From positions 59,272,001 through 59,336,000 of the forward strand of contig OZ024748.1 in the NCBI GenBank assembly GCA_964016885.1: DNA of 64,000 nucleotides, in the 5' to 3' direction. The translations under genes were made by a program, and so were the position numbers. The notes under the pieces are model-generated. The model ran no database searches. It saw only the letters and a program-made list of their open reading frames with translations, and was not told where the DNA came from. Positions 53,956 to 64,000 of this stretch are shown piece by piece. The stretch's first letter is position 1; each line of letters opens with the position of its first letter. Source of the stretch: Eledone cirrhosa. Its lineage: Eukaryota.

Positions 53956-54619
53956 GGTGTGGTAAAATACCAGGTGGACCATAACCCACCAGAGTACTCG
54001 ATACTTGGGGTAGTAGAGTGGGTAATATGAAAAGATTCAAGACCTCGACGGCTGAGCTCCGGCCGTTTCGAGTAATATGAAAAGATTCAGGACCCCGACG
54101 GCTGAGCTCCGGCGGGATTCAAACTCCGAATATAAATGGCCATAACGCAATGCTGCAAAGGATGGTGTCCGACGCTCTACCGATTTTGTGAATCCATCAC
54201 CCTCTGCCAATCCACCACCTAATTATAATAGGAGGGGAGCACTGTGAGGTATAAACATGCTCTTTGCTAACCTTGCTATGCCGTCTTCTAACATCTTGAT
54301 TTTCTATCAAGGAAACAACCAGTTTTGTCTATAAATAAATTCAATTCTTTGCATAGCGTTTCTGCCGGAACCACGGAATATTACAGGCTTTTAGATATAA
54401 GTTCTAGATTCAAGACTACATAAAATGTCTCTCTCCCTCGCTCTCTCTCTCTCTCTTTCCCTGTACACACACACACACACGTATGTATGTATGTATGTGT
54501 GTGTGTGTGTGCGTGTGTACCAGCGTTTCTTGGGCATTTTAAAACATAGTGGAGCCCATTTCCCGCTCTGAATACAGCAGATTTCTTCCATAGAAATAAA
54601 GTGAGAAAGAGATATAGTG

Positions 54620-55035
<416 letters not shown>

Positions 55036-55580
55036 TATATATATATATATAGCTCTGTATATATATAGCTCTGTATTATACATAGAGCACTATTTTTATC
55101 TTTGCTTTTCTTCAGAAATACTTAACACACACACATATATATATATACATGCCTGCTCAGTTAAGTCACATTCTCAAGTTGAGTATATTTATAGAGCCAC
55201 CGGGAGACAACATAGATAGTGTAGTGTAATGCAGTGTAATGCAGTGTAATGCAGTGTAATGCAATGTAATGCAATTGTGAGTGTGTATGTACAAAAAGAT
55301 AAACTAACATGAAAGCTAGAAAAAGAAAAAAGAGACTTCAAAAAATTATATTTGCTTTACTGGAAGTTAAACCACAAAGAGCCTGCTGTGTTCCTTGGTT
55401 CTCTCCAATAGACATTGATTCATTAATTTACTAACATGATGAAAAGGGTTAAACAAGTGAAAGCCAATTATTGTAAGCAGAACGAAAGGACGTCGACTCC
55501 TTAATAACTTCTAAAAACAAAAAAAGACTGTAGTGTTCGCTTCAGAGAAGATAAATTATTACAAATACTTTAATATGTTA

Positions 55581-55650
<70 letters not shown>

Positions 55651-55870
55651 GTATGAGTGTTTGTGTGTATAAATTTTTATATATATATATATATATACAT
55701 ACATATAAATATATATATATATATGTATGTGTGAGTGTGTGTATAAATTTATATATATATATACATATAATATATATATATACATATAAAATTATATATA
55801 ATATATATATATATATACATACATATAAAATAAAAATATATATATATACATACATATAAAATTATATATA

Positions 55871-55919
<49 letters not shown>

Positions 55920-56387
55920 AACAACACAAATTTATATATTTAATATAAAGATAGATAGATATTTATACACACACACACATATATACATTTATATATTTAC
56001 ATACAAACATAGATATATATTTATACACCCACACACATATATATTTATACACACACACACACACATACATTTCTATATTTACATACAAACATAGATAGAT
56101 TTTTATACACACACATATATACATTTATATATTTACATACATACATAGATATTTGTACACAACACACATATACATTTATATATTTACGTACAAACATAGA
56201 TATATATTTATACACACACACACATATATATTTATATATAATAATGAACAAAAGCTTATGTTATTCCAGTACTTACAACGCATGTTGCTGTCCAAAAGAA
56301 TGGATCTGCTATCACCCGCCCACGTCCTCTGCAATGCATTATCGATTCAATATCACAACTTGAACATAACATTCCACAATAATAATT

Positions 56388-56735
56388 CTTTCTAAAATTG
56401 GCACCAAAAATCACCAATTTGGCTGGGATAAGAAAGTCGATTACATTGGCCTCAGTATGTGACTGGTACTTTATTTGATCGAGCCCGGGAGGATGAAAGG
56501 CAACGTTGACTTCGCTGGGGTTTGAACACAATTTACAGAATAGAGCTTCTGACAAAATACTTTCCACTAGTTAGTTATGGCTCATTACATATTGAGTTCA
56601 AATCCCGCCGTGGTTAGCTTTACCTTTCATCATTACGGCTTCAATAAAATAAAGCCCCAGTAACGCACAGGGGTTGATTTAGTCGACTTTCTTCTTTCCT
56701 TTAAAATTGTTGACCTTGTGCAAAATGTAGAAACA
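56388..56735. mobile_element. Two diverged tRNA-derived SINEs in divergent orientation
   Basis: Copies at 56388-56565 (-) and 56570-56735 (+). Confidence 0.7.
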
Positions 56736-57203
56736 TTTTTTTTTTTTCTGAACGTTTCACCTCGTTTAAATTTATTCCCTCCTCGCTTGTTTTGCAAACA
56801 AACATTTTTATAGGAATTGTTATCCTGTTTTGTGACTAAACTGACCAGGGTCGTAGAGAACTGAATGGTTTGCCTCTATCTTCAGCCCTTAAGGGGAAAA
56901 AAATTATTGTTTCAATTATAATTACACCCCTAATGTTTTAAAACAAAACATGGGGAAGAGAGAATTTTCTCTTGGGTCATCTGTAGAACATAACAGCGGG
57001 TTGTCCACTGAATGGAATAGCTAGAGTTCAAATGGCAGCCACACCCCACCAACATGGCAAAAGACAACAAAACACGTGAAACCACAACAGTATATCTCGC
57101 TTCGTTTCCAGCGTTTCAGACATCTGATAATAACAATAACAACAACCGCGATTTCGCATCAACAGCCGCAAAGGTTGTGGGACTGTTTACGATATCCTTG
57201 TTA

Positions 57204-57703
57204 AACAAAGAGTTATGTCTGGCTCAAGTAACAAAGAGTTATGTCTGACTCAAGTAACAAAGTGTTATGTCTGGCTCAAGTAACAAAGAGTTATGTCTGG
57301 CTCAAGTAACAAAGAGTTATGTCTGGCTCAAGTAACAAAGTGTTATGTCTGGCTCAAGTAACAAAGAGTTATGTCTGGCTCAAGTAACAAAGAGTTATGT
57401 CTGGCTCAAGTAACAAAGAGTTATGTCTGGCTCAAGTAACAAAGAGTTATGTCTGGCTCAAGTAACAAAGCGTTATGTCTGGCTCAAGTAACAAAGAGTT
57501 ATGTCTGGCTCAAGTAACAAAGAGTTATGTCTGGCTCAAGTAACAAAGAGTTATGTCTGGCTCAAGTAACAAAGAGTTATGTCTGGCTCAAGTAACAAAG
57601 AGTTATGTCTGGCTCAAGTAACAAAGCGTTATGTCTGGCTCAAGTAACAAAGAGTTATGTCTGGCTCAAGTAACAAAGACTCACGTCTGGCTCAAGTAAC
57701 AAA
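57204..57703. repeat. 26 bp minisatellite, about 19 copies
   Basis: Unit GAGTTATGTCTGGCTCAAGTAACAAA with G(A/T/C)G variants; no spacers. Confidence 0.95.
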
Positions 57704-57712
57704 ATTAGTTAC

Positions 57713-58760
57713 AATGGAGGAGAGATGATCCCTATTAACCGTTTCATACGAGGTATTAGCAGAATCTGCCAAATCAACACTGCTACAGTATAAATGCTTC
57801 TCACTGGAAAGAAAATGCCCAGAAATAGTACCACAGGCTTTGATCGACAGGGCCTTAAAAGAAATATGGCCTAACGTTGAATTCCTCGCAAGTGCAAAGT
57901 AGTTTAGGGGCATAAAAGTCTTCTTCAAAAGAGAAGCTCTCACCACAAATCATTCTCTGGGCCCCTGTCACAGCGAAAACAACGTTGTTTTACCTTCTTA
58001 TTTAGGGAGAAGAAATGTAAAGATCAGGATTTCAAGTGTCCCACCGGTGTTGGCCATCTGGTGGATCTTGGCAAGCGTTGTCCTAGGGAAAACAAACTCA
58101 CCTGGAAGTAAACAGAACATTAACTTTGTATGATAAGGTTGAACAGTTAAGATCTTTCTACCCTCAACAAAAGACAGCAGAATGCAGGACCCCTGCAGCC
58201 AACACCAGGGCCTCAACAACAACACCAACATCGAACAGCAGCAGCACCAGTCCCGGTAGCAACAACAACAGCAGCAGCAATTGTAACAACATAAATACAT
58301 GTATACAAATGCACCCGATCCCCATCTGAGTACGATTCTCCTAACACAGAAGCCTCCTCATCTCGTGGCGAGCAAGAGAGGAAATCCAAATACAAAAAAA
58401 AAACACAAAAAGAAATTAAAAAGAACAAGCCTGGAAATCACCCGATCTTCAACAACACCAAGAGGGTAAGTAGCTCCTCATTTTTTCCTTCATTATTCCT
58501 GTTAGTATGGAAACAAAAGTCGTGGGATGCATAAATGCACGTAGTCTTGAGTCGCCTTGGAAGCTAGGTCACTATCTTATTGACCTCAGCAATAGCTTCA
58601 GATGTGGCAGCCGTCAAGGAGACCAGGATATCTGATACACGTGCATTAGCACCCATTTTCCCCACTTTGAGATTTACACATCTCATATATTCGGCCTAGA
58701 ATGAGAGGTGGGATGGCAGTGCTATTTCGGAAAGGCCTGGATTTGAGGTACAGTCGATCT
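57713..58760 (+). mobile_element. Decayed L1/Tx1-type LINE: ORF1 remnant and start of ORF2 endonuclease
   Basis: From 58508 METKVVGCINARSL...DVAAVKETR...GGMAVLFRK (APE N-terminus, frameshifted); upstream GRRNVKIRISSVPP is ORF1-like. Confidence 0.65.
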
Positions 58761-58999
58761 TCCTGCCGTTAAATTTATTCACTTAGATAAATTTAACGCC
58801 TTTTAGTCTATTTGAAGCATCGTTCGATAAATGAAGCCAGAAATACAATGAAGAATGATGAACGCCACCACATTACTGCAGGAAGTGTAAACACATATAT
58901 ATATATATATATTCAATATTTTAGTCAAATATGCCCTAATTATTGTATGAAATATATTTTATTTAAACTTATTCTTGTTTTGGGTTCCACTCACTAGAT

Positions 59000-59486
59000 C
59001 AGCGTTTCTCAACCGGTATTCACCGGAACACAAGAGTCTCCGCAAGAGGTCACTATGGGTTCCGTGAAAAACAATGATAAATAAGCTAATGTAGTTTTGA
59101 GTAATTTTTATTTAGTTTTATATTCGTAATTGTACTAGACACGTAGGGCATATTGTTGGAAAATGTTTGGTTATCATAGATAGAGGCCTCAACCTTTTAT
59201 ATCAGGGTTTCCCAAACTTTTTCAAACGCGGAACCCTTTTTGGTTCAGAAAATGTTGGGGTAACACCAAAGTCTAATACTGTTATATGGTCGTAATATAA
59301 ATATACTCCTCTACCTTTTTTCATGGAACCCTAGATATTTCTTTGCGGAACCCACTTCGGGAACCGCTGTCTTGTATTAAGAGATAGACATTAATAAGGG
59401 TACATAATAATTTCTATGCAGGGGTTCCCTGAGATATGAAAACTAGTTCAAGGGTTCCACAAGGGTAAAACGTTTGAGAAACGCTG
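59000..59486. mobile_element. hAT-type MITE with a nested hAT MITE (59203-59369)
   Basis: TIR CAGCGTTTCTCAA/TTGAGAAACGCTG with imperfect 8 bp TSD CACTAGAT/TACTAGAC; inner TIR CAGGGTTTCCCAAA/TTCGGGAACCGCTG. Confidence 0.8.
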
Positions 59487-60451
59487 TACTAGACTATAGC
59501 TATTATAGGGGATAACATTGGAAGATATCAACTTAAAGAAGATGTAAGGTAAATCCACTCTGGGTGAGCCTGGTACATATGATTTAAAGAAGGACATTCA
59601 AATATCACAACGTGCTTTATGCGCTACCGGGTCCGCTATCCACTCCGCCAAATATATGGTAACAAGTAAACGGCTTTACCATGTCACAATTTAACAACGT
59701 GTATTTTTTGCAATGATTTATTTTTAGTCGTAAATAAACATTTTAAGTTGATCCTGTGAGTGTTCAAGTGAAACTCCAGAGTAATAAGGTTCACCAGTTA
59801 CCTATATTAACAGAATATATATATTCTCCTCATTCTTTAGCAATGTAATGGCGTTCATCCCTGTCTTTATCTTCAACAAACAAATATTTTCATTAAAATT
59901 TAAAAAATAAGCAAGGAAAAAAAAAAATTTTAAATAAGTTTTTTTTTTTTTCTTTCGTTTTAACTTTACAAAACAAAAACAATTTAGAACCCCGAAAAGA
60001 ATTAGTCTAGAACTGGGATAAGCCCCATTCTATGGGAGTTAAATGCAATACATGGGTATCCATCCATGGAGCGCATGCAAACATGCTGAGTTTCAAGGTT
60101 AACAGGAACCAAACAGTCTGTTGACACAAGCTTTATTTGTTACAGCGTTATGGTAAATTAGCAATGGCACCACAAACCAAAATTCCCAGTGCCATGCCAC
60201 CGGATGGTAGGTTGATCTTTCAAATATACAAAGTTTTTTCAGTTTTTCTTTCTTATTTTTTTTCATTAAATAAAGTGTTCCGTGTGCTGTGATATTAACA
60301 ATATTAAAATATGGTGATTATAGTAATTATTTGGTACCACATGACTCGGGTTGAGGTGCGGTCGAAACAGCGATGGTAAATCCATGACTACAAAATACAA
60401 TTCCCTTTTATTCCTTTAACCAATAGTTTCTTCTGTTTATAATATATACAC

Positions 60452-60499
<48 letters not shown>

Positions 60500-60528
60500 T
60501 ACATAAATATATAGTCCACACTGTGCAT

Positions 60529-60575
<47 letters not shown>

Positions 60576-60576
<1 letters not shown>

Positions 60577-60626
60577 GCTTCCTGACGATTTCTCCCGAAT
60601 GAAACATTTCTAGTCCTGTAGAAGCC
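60576..60626 (+). ncRNA. Isolated family A hammerhead between (TA)n tracts
   Basis: GGCTTC-CTGACGA-TTTCTCCCGAAT-GAAA-CAT-TTCTAGTC-CTG-TA-GAAGCC. Confidence 0.75.
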
Positions 60627-60653
60627 ATTTATATATATATATATATTTATATG

Positions 60654-60709
<56 letters not shown>

Positions 60710-60793
60710 CACTCTTTTTTTACCAGTAAAGAAATATATCCGATATCTTTCTAACAAGAATAATAATATGCAAATAATGACCAAATATTGTAT

Positions 60794-60832
<39 letters not shown>

Positions 60833-61234
60833 GGAAAGGAAAACTGTGAGGTGTGAACTATAATCTAGATATAATAAAATGCAGTGGGGGTCTTTATGAA
60901 TAAATAGTATGTTTTCATTTCATAATATATATACATATATACATTACATAAATAGAGCTATACATATAGATATACATTCATATACACAGATATTATATAT
61001 ATACATATATATGTATGTGTGTGTGTGTGCATATATATGTGCGTGTACATATATGTGTGTGTGTACATATATATATATAGATATACATTCATATACATAT
61101 ACATAAATATACATATATATATATATACATTCATATACATATACATAAATATACATATATATATACATAATTATACAAATATATATATATACACACACAC
61201 ATATATATAAACAAATATACATATATATACATGC

Positions 61235-61266
<32 letters not shown>

Positions 61267-61674
61267 CACATATATATAGAGAGACATACATATATATATA
61301 TACATATATATATAGAGAGACATACATATATATATATACATATATATAGACATACATATATATATAGACATACATATATACATAAACATACATGTATATA
61401 TATACATATATATAGACATATATATATAGAGAGAGACATACATATACCGATGTTACAATTTCTGATATCAACGGCATTTAGTTCGATTCTATAAGTCTGG
61501 ATAAAATGCCTTACGTTATTTAGTTATTACTAAATAACGTAATATATATATGTATATATATACGTTATTTAGTTATTACTAAATAACGTAATATATATAT
61601 ATATATATATTACGTTGTTTAGTAATAACTAAATAACGTAATATATATATATATATATATATATATAATAACGT

Positions 61675-62630
61675 GGGGCGGTGGAGTGGCAGTATCGGTA
61701 GAGGGTCGGACGCCATGCTTTCCAGCATAGTTACGTCCCTTTATGGTCTGAGTTCAAATCCCGCCGAGGTAAACTTTGCCTTTCATCCTTACGGGGTCGA
61801 TAAAATAAAGTACCAGTAATGCACTGAGGTAATTGCTGGCCTTGTGCCTAAAGTAGAAACAGTTATTTAGCTATTACTAATGGTTTCTGATTTAGACACA
61901 AGGCCAGCAATTTTGGGGGAGGGGGAGTCAATTTAATCGACTCCAGTGCATTACTGGTACTTTATTTTATTGACCCTGTAATGGTTAAAGGCAAAGATAA
62001 CCTCGGCAGGATTTGAACTCAGAACGTAAAGGGCCGTAACTCAATGCCGCAGAGCATGTTATCCGACGTTCTACCGATACTGCTAATCCACCACCCTAAT
62101 AATAATTGATTCTACTTTAGGCACAAGGCCAGCAATTACCTCAGTGCATTACTGGTACTTTATTTTATCGACCCCGTAAGGATAAAAAGCAAAGTTAACC
62201 TCGGCGGGATTTGAACTCAGACCGCAAAGGGACATAACTCTATGCTGCAAAGCATGGCGTCCGACCCTCTACCGATACTGCCAATCGAGCCACCCTAATA
62301 ATAATGATAATTATTATTATTATTATTATCTGATTTCAAATCCTGCCAAGGTTAACTTTGCCTTTCATCCTTACGGGGGTCGATAAAATAAAGAACCAGT
62401 CACGCACTGGGGTCGATTAAATCGAATTTTCCCCTCCCCCCAAATTGTGGATTGGCAGTATCGTTAGAGGGTCAGACGCCATGCTTTGCAGCATGGAGTT
62501 ACGGGCTTTTACGATCTGAGTTCAAATCCCGCTGAGGTTAACTTTGCCTTTCATCCTTACGAGGTCAATAAAACAAAGTACCAGTAATGCACTGGGTTAA
62601 TTGCTGGCCTTGTGCCAAAAGTAGAAACAA
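61675..62630. mobile_element. Cluster of five tRNA-derived SINEs (+,-,-,+,+)
   Basis: Copies at 61675-61862, 61882-62097, 62103-62296, 62330-62447 and 62447-62630. Confidence 0.85.
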
Positions 62631-63044
62631 TTATTATTATTATTATTGAGATATGCACACAAAGCCAACAAGATACAGATTTTGGGAGGGAAAATATTTG
62701 AGAGAAATCAACAACAGTTTTACAAATGTTTACAATGAAATACATCAGTCATTTGAGGTTACAGTTTATTTTCTCTTTTAATAACAAAATTGTTAAGTGT
62801 GATATTTTGAAAATAACAATTCTCACATTTAATGTTTAAAACTGGTTTAAGTATGAAATTTTCACAATTTAATAAGATAATTGAATAAATGAAATAAAAG
62901 TGAAAAAAAATTAACTTAAATTAGAGAGAGGAGAGAAAGAGAGGGGTGAGAGAGAGGGGAGTAAAATATTTAAATCATATTAAGATATATATAACTTTAT
63001 ATTTATTTTATATATACATATATTATATATTACATGAATATGCC

Positions 63045-63082
<38 letters not shown>

Positions 63083-63292
63083 CGCATACGTATATGTGTG
63101 TGTGTATATATATATATATATACATATGTGTGTATATACTTATATATATATACACATATGTGTGTATATACTTATATATATATACACACATATATACATA
63201 TATACGCATACATATATATATGCATATGTATATATATACACACATATATATACATACATGTACATATATATGCACATGTATGTATATATATA

Positions 63293-63324
<32 letters not shown>

Positions 63325-64000
63325 CATATATATATACATGTACATATATATATATACATGTGTGTGTATATATACACACACATATATGTACATATAAATA
63401 TATTATATATATCCATACATATGTGTATATATATAGAGAGAGAGAGACACACATATATTTGTGTGTATATAACTTTGAACCATAAACTCTCTTTACATTC
63501 ACAAGTTCCACATAATTAGTGGAAGTTTCTTTATTTTGTTTCGTTTTGTATTTCTTGAGTTCTATACTTTATGAAATACAAGATGACCAAGCATTATTTG
63601 AAGACAATGGATTAGAAACTGGCAGAAAGGTTTTCTGGTATTTTTTTATAAATGAGAACTTTGTAATATAGTTTATATAAAACATTGTGAATATGTGTGG
63701 TTAAGGTTGTATCGGAGGGGGCAGTATAATGCAAGTTAGAACTAAAGGAGTGAACACAATATTCCAGCCTTACGAATCTCAAACTAGTTTTGGCGGGTTT
63801 TTTAAAGATTTTTTAACTGAAGAATTTTGATTTCAGTTCTCTAATAAATATAGATCTGTGTTGTATGATAAATATTCTTGTCAATCATTAACATTGATAT
63901 TAAAAATATGAAAGATCTTACATCAGTTTCGACGGTGAGCTTTCAAGTGTCCGATCAACTTAATGTCCAACTCGTTAAAAACTATGAAAGATCCTTCGTC

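Noticed and set aside
57204-57703. CRISPR-like 26 bp repeat array
   Set aside because: Units are contiguous with no unique spacers, no cas genes, and the context is eukaryotic
63905-64000. Possible minus-strand hammerhead 3' half (GAAA-CTGATG-TA-AGATCT)
   Set aside because: The 5' core would lie at or beyond the window edge and cannot be verified

Overview
Animal genomic DNA, AT-rich and packed with microsatellites and transposable elements. The repeat content fits a coleoid cephalopod such as Octopus, but that is inference. I see no confidently supportable host gene, and almost all ORFs in the track are microsatellite artefacts. Recognisable elements: a deleted mariner, a 5'-truncated Penelope-like element (RT C-terminus plus GIY-YIG, Naiad-like), RTE and L1/Tx1 LINE remnants, two tRNA-derived SINE families, non-autonomous Helitrons, hAT and mariner MITEs, and several minisatellites. 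The most notable hidden structure is about 20 type I hammerhead ribozyme motifs from at least 8 sequence-distinct families. They sit beside (TA)n tracts, often as fold-back palindromes whose inversion points fall on ribozyme hairpins. Seven families also share a covarying bulged stem-loop (RCTC-stem-loop-stem-TH-GAGY) 25-65 nt 3' of the predicted cleavage site, a candidate undescribed cis-acting RNA element of Penelope-type retrotransposition. All pairings were read by eye; coordinates may be off by a few bases.
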